A stretch of DNA of 64,000 nt from Candidatus Daviesbacteria bacterium (GCA_016183305.1 JACPEW010000006.1:2317-66316); one strand, 5' to 3'; numbered from the stretch's first letter, positions 41,301 to 51,191 are shown. The notes: a model not told the origin generated them from the letters alone. Numbers and translations: made by a program.

Positions 41301-43079
41301 TTACTTAACTTGATAAGTTCCTTTGACTAAAGAATATGATCCAGAAGGACCTGAAGAGAAAAAGGTTGAAGCAAAGCCAGATTGATAATTTAAAATTGCC
41401 GAAGTACCTAAATTAATCCCCCAAGCTGTAATTTCTCTAAAAGCTGCCCCGTTGGCCAATTCAACTTTTCCTAAAGGCGCATACAAAATACCGCTAATTG
41501 ATGAGTTGCCAATTGTAATAGCAGCATCTCCATTGATAATAGAACTATATAGTACTAGCAACATTAAATAACTTCCCTTTGTTCCTGAACCTAAAATGTC
41601 TGCCCCATTGCCCAAAACTGTTTTACCGTCAACAATAATCACTCCTGAGGCAGGACCAAAATCCTGGTCAAGAATTAATTTAGTGCTGTTGCCTGTATTG
41701 AGAGTTCCAGTAATCCATACAGGAGCAATCACTTTGGTATTACAACTATTTCCTAATAAAACATCACCATTTATCTTTCCAGGCCCAAGGGTAGCCACAC
41801 AACCGCTAATACTCCCGCCAGATCCTGCTGCCTCTGCTTGATTTTTCCAATCAGTCATATTTGCTTCAGAAATGGGAAACACAGTTGGGGCAGGATCGGC
41901 AGAACCTGGATATTTAGTTCCTGAAACTACCACAGAAGGCCCTAAATTCTGGTAATATGCATCTTTGGTAATAGTCATATTACCTTCAATCATATTAGCA
42001 TGAACATCTCCGGAAACTACCGAACCATTGCCTAAATTAAGCAATGTAGCAGCACCACCCAAAAAAGTCCTAAAACCTAAATCTCCTAAAATATCTGTCC
42101 ATGCAGAATCACCTGTTTGCCAATCAGAAGACCACTTAGGCCCTCCTTGAGGATACCCTTGGGCAAAATCATTTGACCATGACCAGTAATTAGCAGCATC
42201 TAATGATTGAGTATGAACCATAATCCAATAGATAGTATTTCCTTCAAGAGTAGGTGTAGTATCAAAAGTAATATCTATAAAACCATACTCTTCCGTAACT
42301 AAATTAGCAGATAAAGTCCCTGTTGCTAAAACGTTGTTTTTGTTAGGTTTACCATTTGCATCAGTCATAATTCTAACTGTTGGATTAGTGGGTAGACCAA
42401 ATTTTTTAAATTTTAAGGAAACTTTATTTAAAACTCCAGAAGTCGTTGGCTTAAAGCTCTGAGCAATATCTTGCCTATTCTCTCCGCTTACTGCTTTACC
42501 AAAAATATAATCCTGACAATTTAGTTGGTTGCAATCACTTTCCACATCAGCACTTGCCTGAGCAGCTCCAGCTATCCAAACATCACCTATAAAAGTGGCA
42601 TTATTTCCTCCTGTAATATTGCCATTAGAATAAATTGATCCATTAAAAATAGCTCCTGTGCCCATATTAATCCCGCCTTCCCCAACTTGCAGACCATAAA
42701 CAAAAGAAATACCTGCCCCTTTTGAAGCTTTTATGGTAACTGTCCTCTTTGTTCTTGGGTTTGTTTTAGCTGGAATATAGCCTGTGGCTTGTAAAATTTT
42801 AGTAGAAGCATCCTTGTCTGTTATGGTAACTGAGTAAGAGCCTGCCCCGTAGGAAGTTTCAGCCTCTCCGTTATAACTCCCGCCAGTCTTATTTAAAGAA
42901 GTTAAGGCTTTATCTACCCCTGCTTCTGCCAAAGCAAGAGCTTTTTCTACGTCTACAGAATATTGGGCATTTTGGAAATAAAGCTGGGCTGCTCCTATCA
43001 CAAACAAAACAGTAAAAAGCACAACTCCCAGAGCCACAACCGTTAAAAGCAATATTTGCCCTTTTTGATTTTTAATCAT
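41301..43079 (-). CDS. large PilX-N-like minor pilin / pilus-associated protein (592 aa)
   Basis: N-terminal QKGQILLLTVVALGVVLF...AEAGVDKAL pattern; Gly/Asn/Thr-rich repetitive body. Confidence 0.45.
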   Translation of the reverse strand: MIKNQKGQILLLTVVALGVVLFTVLFVIGAAQLYFQNAQYSVDVEKALALAEAGVDKALTSLNKTGGSYNGEAETSYGAGSYSVTITDKDASTKILQATGYIPAKTNPRTKRTVTIKASKGAGISFVYGLQVGEGGINMGTGAIFNGSIYSNGNITGGNNATFIGDVWIAGAAQASADVESDCNQLNCQDYIFGKAVSGENRQDIAQSFKPTTSGVLNKVSLKFKKFGLPTNPTVRIMTDANGKPNKNNVLATGTLSANLVTEEYGFIDITFDTTPTLEGNTIYWIMVHTQSLDAANYWSWSNDFAQGYPQGGPKWSSDWQTGDSAWTDILGDLGFRTFLGGAATLLNLGNGSVVSGDVHANMIEGNMTITKDAYYQNLGPSVVVSGTKYPGSADPAPTVFPISEANMTDWKNQAEAAGSGGSISGCVATLGPGKINGDVLLGNSCNTKVIAPVWITGTLNTGNSTKLILDQDFGPASGVIIVDGKTVLGNGADILGSGTKGSYLMLLVLYSSIINGDAAITIGNSSISGILYAPLGKVELANGAAFREITAWGINLGTSAILNYQSGFASTFFSSGPSGSYSLVKGTYQVK

Positions 43080-43617
43080 TTCTTAAATTTGCTTCTGCCG
43101 TAGCAATATTAGACTGCAAAACCAAAGTAATTTTGACTTTATTGGCATCTTGCGGGTCAACTTCAGTTGGGGGGGAGGAGGCAAGATACTTAAAAACCAA
43201 GCTATTAATATCTTTCAATAAAATCCTGTCTGCTGGTTTCCGGAAGCTTGAAGGATCAGGAAAAATTTTAAAACGGAGGAAGCCTTGGTCGAAGAAAAAA
43301 ACAAAATAATCAGTACTGTTTTCAATAAGATTATTTGATGAATCTATTGACGCAGCTTGTAATACCAGTTGGTTAACTCCTGAAGTATAGGCAGTTGAAC
43401 CATCTATATATTGATTTGAGACTGCGCCCGCTTGTTTAGTAGTGTTTCTTACCAGCGATAAGGCATCATTGATATTTAAGCCTTCCTGTACTTTAGGCAG
43501 TTGGTTGGAAAACAATCCTGCACTGTTAACAATAATTACTATCAACATTGCTCCTGTTACAGTAGCAATTCCCATCGCCACTAAAACCTCTATTAATGTC
43601 AGTCCATAATTTTGCAC
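43072..43617 (-). CDS. prepilin-type minor pilin
   Basis: N-terminal YGLTLIEVLVAMGI. Confidence 0.6.
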   Translation of the reverse strand: MQNYGLTLIEVLVAMGIATVTGAMLIVIIVNSAGLFSNQLPKVQEGLNINDALSLVRNTTKQAGAVSNQYIDGSTAYTSGVNQLVLQAASIDSSNNLIENSTDYFVFFFDQGFLRFKIFPDPSSFRKPADRILLKDINSLVFKYLASSPPTEVDPQDANKVKITLVLQSNIATAEANLRND

Positions 43618-43619
43618 TT

Positions 43620-44015
43620 TTATTGGTTTATCCCTCCTTCACCAATCATGGTTTTTAAATTAATTTTTTGGGGTTTATTATTATCTAACCAAGATACCTC
43701 AACTGTAACTTGTTTTACTCTCTCTGAGTTAGTGCAAACTGCTGGATCGCAGTCTTCAACCACTACTGTCCCGATTGCTTGGGGCAGTAAACTTAAACGG
43801 GAATCAGAAATAGGGGAGTTATCGTTGGCTAAGTTCTCAAAGCTTAAAGCCCTTTTATCTTCAATCTGCTTAACTGCTATCTCGCGGGCCAAAGAGGCAT
43901 GCCCGCTTTTTCCAATCAGCATCATAGCATTAGGGATATTAGCAATCAAAAATACAATTGAACCAATTATGACTACAACCAAAAGGGTCTCAATTAGAGA
44001 AAAGCCTTTTTCCAT
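43620..44015 (-). CDS. prepilin-type minor pilin
   Basis: N-terminal KGFSLIETLLVVVIIG. Confidence 0.65.
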   Translation of the reverse strand: MEKGFSLIETLLVVVIIGSIVFLIANIPNAMMLIGKSGHASLAREIAVKQIEDKRALSFENLANDNSPISDSRLSLLPQAIGTVVVEDCDPAVCTNSERVKQVTVEVSWLDNNKPQKINLKTMIGEGGINQ

Positions 44016-44905
44016 TATTCTTTATTGATCTCTCCAGCAGAAAAAATAGCATAATCAAAAAAAGGAGGAACTACTTTATCTATTTGAAATAATTTTATTT
44101 TTCTCTGCGTTGCCCCTGCTGTTCCAGTGGCAATTAATGTCCTTGCTTGCGGTGGGATAGAACAATCTAAACCACAATTTCCAACAGCCTGAACTGCAAA
44201 AGGCTGGGAGGTTGCATTGTAAAGCAACCTTGCCCTAAGAAGCATTAAACCAGAAGGCAATAAACCATCTGGATCCGCAATTCCACTATTAGTCCCTCCA
44301 ATTGTATACATGCATTGATATATATTGGAACCAATAGTAAAACCCCCACAGCTTGCATTGGTGTCAAAATTATTAGCTGGAGTTCTTGCAGTCTGGTCTA
44401 AATACCATTTTCTACTTTTGTATTTTGTTCCATCATAATAAACTAAGGTTAGCTCTAAAGCAGCTTGGTCCGTAGCAGAATTCCCCCAATAAACGTCAAG
44501 TGTGTCTTTTGTATAAACTGCAGGCGGAGGATTAGAAGTTAAAGCATAATTTGCAAACCAAACATGAATAACTTCTTCTTTAGCCAAAAGAGAATACTCA
44601 AAAGGTGCTTGTCTAACTACACTACCTTGAAGACAATCAGTAGAGCCTGGCACACAAGGTATTTTGTCGCCACCTAAAACTTCAGCTATTGAACCATTAT
44701 CTGCAAAATTTATAGTGCCTGTGCCTCCGCTTAGCTTATTTTCTATTCCTGCTTCTGCTGCAGAAAAAGCCCTGGAGGATTGTTCTAATTTGGTGGCAGT
44801 AGATACATCAGATAATGAGCGTTGAATGACTGATAAACCGATAGCTAAAGCTACAATCATCACTAAAATTAAGATTAAAATAACCTGGCCTTTTTGATTA
44901 TTCAT
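44015..44905 (-). CDS. PilX-N-like minor pilin
   Basis: N-terminal NQKGQVILILILVMIVALAIG...AEAGIENKL. Confidence 0.45.
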   Translation of the reverse strand: MNNQKGQVILILILVMIVALAIGLSVIQRSLSDVSTATKLEQSSRAFSAAEAGIENKLSGGTGTINFADNGSIAEVLGGDKIPCVPGSTDCLQGSVVRQAPFEYSLLAKEEVIHVWFANYALTSNPPPAVYTKDTLDVYWGNSATDQAALELTLVYYDGTKYKSRKWYLDQTARTPANNFDTNASCGGFTIGSNIYQCMYTIGGTNSGIADPDGLLPSGLMLLRARLLYNATSQPFAVQAVGNCGLDCSIPPQARTLIATGTAGATQRKIKLFQIDKVVPPFFDYAIFSAGEINKE

Positions 44906-44910
44906 ATACT

Positions 44911-45540
44911 TTATCTTAACCCAATTGTTGTCTCAAAAGAAACAGGATCTATCTGACTTGAGAGTACTGCAGGAGCTCCAATAGCAGGACTCAAGTTAAA
45001 CTTAATAGTAATACTATCTTTGAAACCTGGCTCTGGCTGTGGAATCCTGGTAAAAAATCCACTGCTACTGACTGATACACCTGTCTGGGTATTTGTATCA
45101 GTCAAAACTTTTGGACTAACTAGAGGGTCTGCATCTGGACATACAGCGTTTAAAAAAGCTGGTGTATTTCTGGGGGAAGGAGCAGGTGAGTTTTGAATAC
45201 AGGGTGAGGGTGTGTTTGGATCAGGTTGAGGATGATCTTGTTGAATTTGACCATTCCGGGTCGAGTTTTGCTCCACAAATCTATATCTGGTATAACATCC
45301 ATCCTTTTCAATTAATAGCGTCTTAAAAGAAACACACACTACATTATCAGCTCCTCTGATAGTTTTATCCATATTTTCCAATACTGCCTGACCATTTTGT
45401 TTGATATTTGCTAAAATTTGTGATTTGTTGCTTCCTCTTAGGGTATTAGTAAAAATTGTTACCAATACTGTCCCTATAACAGCTGTAATAGCCATCACCA
45501 CCAGTATTTCAGCTAATGTAAACCCAGCGCTACTTTTCAT
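44911..45540 (-). CDS. prepilin-type minor pilin
   Basis: N-terminal AGFTLAEILVVMAI. Confidence 0.6.
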   Translation of the reverse strand: MKSSAGFTLAEILVVMAITAVIGTVLVTIFTNTLRGSNKSQILANIKQNGQAVLENMDKTIRGADNVVCVSFKTLLIEKDGCYTRYRFVEQNSTRNGQIQQDHPQPDPNTPSPCIQNSPAPSPRNTPAFLNAVCPDADPLVSPKVLTDTNTQTGVSVSSSGFFTRIPQPEPGFKDSITIKFNLSPAIGAPAVLSSQIDPVSFETTIGLR

Positions 45541-46091
45541 AATTTCCTTAATATTGTCGTTAACCTTGATTCATGTGGTCCAGCAAAATCAGTCCATCTG
45601 ACAAGTACAGTAACTTTTTTTTCGGTAGAGTAAGTAGAGGCATCGTCTGATAAGATAATTATTCTCTTGAAAATAGACTGAGGAATTTCTTCAGGCGCAG
45701 ATGGAAAATCTGCATTAGTATCAACAAATTCCAAATTCAGGGAAGTGAAGATAAATTTGAAATAAGCATTACCTCCGCTACCATAACTATCATGTATCTT
45801 GCAATTCCAAATCGGCGAACCGCTATCGCTACCATCCCAAGAATTTACAGCATTTCCACTTGTAGGACAATCCGTTGTACTAACCAAATTTATTTGCACA
45901 TTCTTATCTCTTCCACTTCTCACTCTTTCTATTCCTTCCTGGGCTAATTTGGTAGCCTGGGCAGAATTTTTAGCAAATTGGGCATTCCTTAAAGAGAAAA
46001 TAGTGGCGAAAACCAAAGCTGTTACCACTAAAATCCCTACAGTCATAGCAATAATTACTTCTAAAAGGGACTGTCCTCTCTCATGGTTCAT
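45537..46091 (-). CDS. prepilin-type minor pilin
   Basis: N-terminal RGQSLLEVIIAMTVG. Confidence 0.55.
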   Translation of the reverse strand: MNHERGQSLLEVIIAMTVGILVVTALVFATIFSLRNAQFAKNSAQATKLAQEGIERVRSGRDKNVQINLVSTTDCPTSGNAVNSWDGSDSGSPIWNCKIHDSYGSGGNAYFKFIFTSLNLEFVDTNADFPSAPEEIPQSIFKRIIILSDDASTYSTEKKVTVLVRWTDFAGPHESRLTTILRKL

Positions 46092-46615
46092 AAATCCTGT
46101 GGTTCATAAATCCTGCCTCCTGGTTCTACCTTTATTTGTTTTGTTCCGTCTGTCTTAGAATTAGTTAGAGTGACTTCTAAAGCTTTTGAGTTACAGTTAG
46201 ATGTCATAGTTCCATAAAGGGGAGTAAATGTTACTTTAGTGCCAGAAGGACAGCTTGATATACCTGAGGTAAAACTTGCAACAGAGATGCTGCCACTGCT
46301 AGGAAGAATTACAGCCTTAAGGGAATTACTGGTACCAGAACTATATTCACATTTTAAATCAAATCTTGTTTCAATTGTGCTATTTGTATATTCAACTAAC
46401 CAACTCAAGTTAGCAGCATTCTGGCACTTTAGGTTTGAAGTGGAATTAGCTTGGGCTTGCCTAAGCAGGCTTTGTATATCTAAAGATGCATTTTTTAGTT
46501 TTTGATCTTCCCCAAAAGAGCTATACTTAGATAAAGCATAAGTAGACAGTAAAGCTATTATGGTTACTACAATTAAAAGCTCAACAAGAGTAAACCCTAA
46601 GGCAGACCTTCGCAT
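46088..46615 (-). CDS. prepilin-type pilin
   Basis: N-terminal LGFTLVELLIVVTIIALL. Confidence 0.65.
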   Translation of the reverse strand: MRRSALGFTLVELLIVVTIIALLSTYALSKYSSFGEDQKLKNASLDIQSLLRQAQANSTSNLKCQNAANLSWLVEYTNSTIETRFDLKCEYSSGTSNSLKAVILPSSGSISVASFTSGISSCPSGTKVTFTPLYGTMTSNCNSKALEVTLTNSKTDGTKQIKVEPGGRIYEPQDL

Positions 46616-46624
46616 CTTATCCTA

Positions 46625-46656
46625 ATTGTACATTGTACATTGTACATTGTACATTG
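46625..46656. repeat. perfect tandem heptamer (ATTGTAC)x4 plus partial
   Basis: 46625-46652 are four exact copies; located between a pilin stop (46658) and the SD/ATG of the next pilin gene (46615). Confidence 0.9.
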
Positions 46657-46657
46657 C

Positions 46658-47107
46658 TTATGGAGGAGTAACAGCAAAATTATAAGTTGCATTAGTACAA
46701 ACAGCAGGTTTATTAGCTCCATTAGTTCTATCTAACCCAGCATAAAGGCAATAACTGATACCTGAAGGCACATATAGATACGGAGCGTGGGGACTAGGTA
46801 AAGGCTCTGCTGGCACTTCATTCATATATACTTTAGGGCTTGGACTAGGATTAGGATTACCTGTATTACTAGTAAGAGAATTTCCACTCCCAAAAACAAG
46901 AGGACTAGGTGTAGCAGCCGGATAAAAACCCTGATCATGATTATATTGTTCCAAAGCTGACTGGATTGACCTTAAATCACTCTGTCTCTTAGAATCCCTG
47001 CCTTGTTGTAAAACTTCAGTATAAACAATGAGCCCAATAGTAGATAAAATAGCAATAATGCTGATAGTTATTAACAACTCAATTAAGGTAAATCCTTTTG
47101 TCTTCAT
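46658..47107 (-). CDS. prepilin-type pilin (GspG/PilA-like)
   Basis: KGFTLIELLITISIIAIL...RDSKRQSDLRSIQSALEQY. Confidence 0.7.
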   Translation of the reverse strand: MKTKGFTLIELLITISIIAILSTIGLIVYTEVLQQGRDSKRQSDLRSIQSALEQYNHDQGFYPAATPSPLVFGSGNSLTSNTGNPNPSPSPKVYMNEVPAEPLPSPHAPYLYVPSGISYCLYAGLDRTNGANKPAVCTNATYNFAVTPP

Positions 47108-47380
47108 TGTCTCCTTTTAATTTGGGTTGTATATTTTATATCACTAAATGCTTCTGAAGGACACGCCATAACACCGATAAGATGAGTAAACGATGAACCT
47201 CCTGTTGTTGAACTATAAACCGGAACATTAAGGGTCCAGCAATAGTCTTGATCAGGGCATGAGTCAAATAACATCTGTTTTACTTTGGGAGGATTGTTTG
47301 CAATGATTGTTGCCAGTTTCTAAAGTAACACAAATTTGAAAACCGGTATTATCATCATTCCATTCAATACCATAATCTCC
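47104..47380 (-). pseudogene. pilin gene remnant (no prepilin N-terminus, frameshifted)
   Basis: Minus-strand frames read GDYGIEWNDDNTGFQICVTLETG...*, then DSCPDQDYCWTLNVPVYSSTTGG...IKRRQ*, ending in ATGA overlap with the next pilin. No ORF over 60 aa in the track. Confidence 0.35.
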
Positions 47381-47422
47381 TCTTTTCTTTAAAGAACTTA
47401 TTTGGTGAAAGGCTGACCCAAA

Positions 47423-48508
47423 TTAGGATATACAACCATCATCGCTATCATATAAGGCTTTAACTTGAGAGGGAGTAAGGGCTTTAGTGTAAACGCGGAC
47501 ATCATCAATCAATCCTGGAAAACTAGTAATTTTATTACTACCACTTGAAGATTGAGCCCCAATCTTTGCATCATTCATAGTACCAGTCATACTAGAAGTA
47601 TATTCTTTAATTTCCTTTAGTCCGCCGTTAAGATAACCGTACATCCTCCCACTAGAATTCCAGGTCATCACCAGATGATACCATTTATTTAAATCACTAG
47701 CACCAAGTGTTATTAAAGTAATACTACCACCGGCGGTTCCTCTAACTACTCTAAACTCACTCTTGTGATATTGAATATAGAACCTGTTCTCACTACCCCC
47801 GGGTCCTATGGCTTGGAAAACATATCTATTTGCAATTGCATCGCCTGAAGCATTTGGCTTAGCCCAGGCAGAGATTGTTCCTGACCTATCATCCATGTCA
47901 TCTGCTACTCTGCTTACATCAATGTAATCATCACTACCATCAAAACTGCCTGCCCGCACAAACTTAGCATCAGCAGTTGTAGTAGCTTCATTTTTATATA
48001 TACCATCATTATGATTATTTGAGGAATCCGTAGCATCAGCACTATTTACTGCTTCATCCAGTTTCCAGTGGCCAACCAGCCCGTTATTTGCAAAGGAAGT
48101 GCAGGAGGAATAATCAGGTGTTGTCTGGTTTGAAGCAGCAGCATAATAAGTCCCGTCAGGTAATCTAGCTGATACCTGATACTCCTTAGTACTTATATTA
48201 TCACAATTTTCAGGTCCTATTGTACAAACATAAGGATTGCCGTCAGGCTGGACAGGGATTTTACCGGAGGCAAAATCAGTATCCCTTAATTTTTGATAAC
48301 CTCCCTGGCCGGAATTTAGAGAAGGATCGAATTTTTGCTCATAAACTTTCCTGATAGCATCTATGTCTGCTTTCATCTTAGCTTGTAAAGCCTGATTCCT
48401 GACATTTTTAAAGGACACAAAACCAACTACAGATAAAATAGTAATAATAACAACTGCAACCAGAAGTTCAACCAGGGTAAAACCATTTCTTTTTTTAAAG
48501 CAGGCCAT
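47423..48508 (-). CDS. prepilin fused to a LamG/concanavalin-A-like lectin domain
   Basis: N-terminal NGFTLVELLVAVVIIT; C-terminal LVGHWKLDE...FDGSDDYIDV...ISAWAKP...WYHLVMTW...GLIDDVRVYTKALTPSQVKALY. Confidence 0.72.
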   Translation of the reverse strand: MACFKKRNGFTLVELLVAVVIITILSVVGFVSFKNVRNQALQAKMKADIDAIRKVYEQKFDPSLNSGQGGYQKLRDTDFASGKIPVQPDGNPYVCTIGPENCDNISTKEYQVSARLPDGTYYAAASNQTTPDYSSCTSFANNGLVGHWKLDEAVNSADATDSSNNHNDGIYKNEATTTADAKFVRAGSFDGSDDYIDVSRVADDMDDRSGTISAWAKPNASGDAIANRYVFQAIGPGGSENRFYIQYHKSEFRVVRGTAGGSITLITLGASDLNKWYHLVMTWNSSGRMYGYLNGGLKEIKEYTSSMTGTMNDAKIGAQSSSGSNKITSFPGLIDDVRVYTKALTPSQVKALYDSDDGCIS

Positions 48509-48522
48509 ACTTATTTGTAGAT

Positions 48523-49035
48523 TTATTGAGCACTATTTCTGCAGTAAACACCACTAGAAGCCTCTAACTTGGCACACAGTTTCCAAGATTTTATCACATT
48601 GACACTGGCTGGCCAATTTGTACTTATAAAACCTCCGCCCTCTGTAGCTGGATACCAAACTGTATATTCACCTGTTACTGCTGTGCCATCAGGACATCCT
48701 GATTGATTAAATGCATTGGTTGGATTAGGGTCAGCTTTCGCGCCACCATCAGTCATATAAAGCTTGATACAATATTTAGCATCTGTAGTATCTGCCGGAA
48801 TAGAACCGCTGCTAAAACTTGTATTTACTAAAGGTGAATAATTAATAGTTCCTGCTTGCTTTTTAGTCTCCAGTGCAACTGCTATAGCATCAATATCATT
48901 TTTCCTTCGTGCATCTCTGGCACTCTGTTGCGCTCCAGTAAAAAGCGCCAATCCAATGACTGATAAAATTGCAATTATAGCAATTACTACCAATAGTTCA
49001 ACTAAAGTAAACCCTTTATTATTACTCATAATCAC
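48523..49035 (-). CDS. prepilin-type pilin
   Basis: KGFTLVELLVVIAIIAIL...ARDARRKNDIDAIAVALE. Confidence 0.7.
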   Translation of the reverse strand: MIMSNNKGFTLVELLVVIAIIAILSVIGLALFTGAQQSARDARRKNDIDAIAVALETKKQAGTINYSPLVNTSFSSGSIPADTTDAKYCIKLYMTDGGAKADPNPTNAFNQSGCPDGTAVTGEYTVWYPATEGGGFISTNWPASVNVIKSWKLCAKLEASSGVYCRNSAQ

Positions 49036-49487
49036 TGTTGACTAGCTCTACAATAATACTCAACTTCAGTATCAGTACTTCCAGGTACACTCAAACCTGT
49101 ATCGCTTGTTGAATTTCCATTCTTAATCTCCAATTTCCCGCATACTACAAATCTATCATTAGCAACATTAGTAGCACTAGCAACACTATACGTTACTTTA
49201 TAAGTATAAAAAGATGATGAAGAAGGATCCGTTGGCACACTATTATTAGCAAACATAGACGCTGTAACAGGATTCTTATAAGTACCACTAAGCGCACTTC
49301 GGTTTGATTCCAAAGCTGTAGCTATTGATTCAACATCAGCCCTTCTCCTGCCATCCCTTGCTTGTTTCTGAGCATTAGTGAAAGAAACTATTCCTATAAC
49401 AGATAAAAAAGCAATGATGGTTATTACCACCATTAACTCGATAAGAGTAAAACCGGAAGAAGTTTTAAGAACGGGCAGTTTTTTCAT
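49032..49487 (-). CDS. prepilin-type pilin
   Basis: SGFTLIELMVVITIIAFL...ARDGRRRADVESIATALE. Confidence 0.7.
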   Translation of the reverse strand: MKKLPVLKTSSGFTLIELMVVITIIAFLSVIGIVSFTNAQKQARDGRRRADVESIATALESNRSALSGTYKNPVTASMFANNSVPTDPSSSSFYTYKVTYSVASATNVANDRFVVCGKLEIKNGNSTSDTGLSVPGSTDTEVEYYCRASQQ

Positions 49488-49630
49488 ATTTTTTTCTTAC
49501 TAATCTATTATTTTCATAACTTAAAACACTTGTCAATACCTCAATTTAAATTCAGATTCAAATTAATTCTTTACTGGTTATTAAACCGGCAATAAGCCCC
49601 GGCAGTACTACCATCAGCTTTTGTAAAATC

Positions 49631-49677
49631 ACTTTTAAATTTTGAACTGTAATTTTGCATTTTGAATTTTAATTTTT
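49631..49677. repeat. R3 heptamer array (TTTTGAA units)
   Basis: ATTTTGA ACTGTAA TTTTGCA TTTTGAA TTTTAAT just downstream of pilD. Confidence 0.55.
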
Positions 49678-50569
49678 AAATTCTTCCTAATCTCAAATAC
49701 CAGTCAATAATCTCCTGTCCCCAAAACAGCATTATTAAACTTCCTATAACTAAAAATGGCCCAAAAGGAATTACCTGGCCAAAATGTTTTTTGCCAAGCA
49801 AAATTAGTCCTATGGAAAATACAGCACCTATAAAAAATGCTAAAACCACAGCAAATAGGGAAGAGGGAAAGCCTAACATTACCCCCATAAAGCCTCCCAG
49901 CTTTACATCCCCGCCACCCATCCCTTTTCCTTTAGTAATAACTATTAAACTGAAGAAAAACAGGGCAATGCCGGCTCCAGACAGAAGCGCCCATAAAAAG
50001 GGTTCAGCTATGGTTAAGGCATGCCTTTGGAAATATTCATTGTTTGGAGGAAGAAGTAATTTACCTAAAGCTGTCTGAGATAAGTAAAAATAAAGATAAC
50101 CTATTTTAATAATAACTGTTATTAACCCTAAGATAATACCAATAACTATGGAGGGCAAAACAATCCTGTCTGGAATAAACATCTTTTTAAGATCTGTCAA
50201 AAAAAGCACAGCCAAGATAGTAATAAAGAAAATTTTAGTAATAAGTTCAAGTAAAAGAATTAATAATTGAAAATTGAAAATTGAAAATTGAAAATTCTTA
50301 AAGGTTTGCCAGAATAGTAAAGCTATCAGCATTCCCACCACCACCTCTATCACCACATATTCAATGCCTATTTTTTTATGACAATACCTGCATTTACCTT
50401 TGACTAAGATATAGGAAAAAATAGGGAAAAGGTCATACCAGCCTAATATGTGTTTACATTTAGGGCAGTATGACCTTCCCAAAAAAGACCTGTTATACAA
50501 ACTCCGGTCAGCCAGGGCCTTAACAAAACTTCCTAAAACCGTACCCAATAAAAAGCCTGCTAACCACAT
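49676..50569 (-). CDS. pilD: prepilin peptidase (A24 family)
   Basis: CPKCKH...CRYCHKKI zinc motif, GGGDVKL active-site region; start set at ATG 50569. Confidence 0.85.
   Translation of the reverse strand: MWLAGFLLGTVLGSFVKALADRSLYNRSFLGRSYCPKCKHILGWYDLFPIFSYILVKGKCRYCHKKIGIEYVVIEVVVGMLIALLFWQTFKNFQFSIFNFQLLILLLELITKIFFITILAVLFLTDLKKMFIPDRIVLPSIVIGIILGLITVIIKIGYLYFYLSQTALGKLLLPPNNEYFQRHALTIAEPFLWALLSGAGIALFFFSLIVITKGKGMGGGDVKLGGFMGVMLGFPSSLFAVVLAFFIGAVFSIGLILLGKKHFGQVIPFGPFLVIGSLIMLFWGQEIIDWYLRLGRI
50266..50296. repeat. perfect tandem heptamer (ATTGAAA)x4 plus partial, inside pilD CDS
   Basis: 50266-50293 are four exact copies; reads NFQFSIFNFQ on the gene strand. Confidence 0.9.
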
Positions 50570-50573
50570 TATA

Positions 50574-51128
50574 TTAATATGTACAACTCCCGCCTGATGC
50601 AGCAATTAAAGTTAGGTTAGAACCAACCTCATAACGGCCTGTTGTATCAGCGGCAGGTTCATTTCCACCATCAGTGGCCATTTTGCCTTTTTGTTGTTCT
50701 GATTCCAAAACAGTATTAATTTCCCAAGCATCACCATCAGAACAATAAGTATAGTGGTTTGTTGTATCGTTGAGCGGATCAATAGGTAAGGTTGGTACCG
50801 AAACGCTATTTTGCGCAGATAAATTAACCTTTACCCAACCCGTACCACCTGTAGCTCTTGTTCCAGTGTTACTTGACCCACTACATGGTGTAGCTCCACC
50901 TGAACAAAGAATTGCAGCTGCAGAAGCTGTAGCTTCCTGAACTGCCACATTAATAGCTTGTTGCAGATTAGCAAGATCAGTTAACCTCGCTGCATCCCTA
51001 CCTCTTCTGGTAAGCTCCAGCGGGTTAATAATCAAGACCACAACAGCTGCAAGAATTGCAATAATTGCGATAACTACCAAAAGTTCAACAAGAGTAAAAC
51101 CCTTGTGAACCTGAGCAGATTTTTTCAA
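50574..51128 (-). CDS. pilA: type IV pilin (candidate major pilin)
   Basis: KGFTLVELLVVIAIIAILAAVVV; lies directly after pilC; paired Cys near the C-terminus. Confidence 0.7.
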   Translation of the reverse strand: MKKSAQVHKGFTLVELLVVIAIIAILAAVVVLIINPLELTRRGRDAARLTDLANLQQAINVAVQEATASAAAILCSGGATPCSGSSNTGTRATGGTGWVKVNLSAQNSVSVPTLPIDPLNDTTNHYTYCSDGDAWEINTVLESEQQKGKMATDGGNEPAADTTGRYEVGSNLTLIAASGGSCTY

Positions 51129-51191
51129 ATTTTCTCACCCCCTCTGTCTCCATTGTAGACATAATTAATCACTATCAGTCAAGAGACCAGA

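Noticed and set aside
46625-50296. Considered whether the short tandem and dispersed repeats represent a CRISPR array
   Set aside because: The units are 7 nt (tandem, without spacers) or 21-31-nt hairpins dispersed kilobases apart. There is no repeat-spacer periodicity of 25-40 nt and there are no cas genes.
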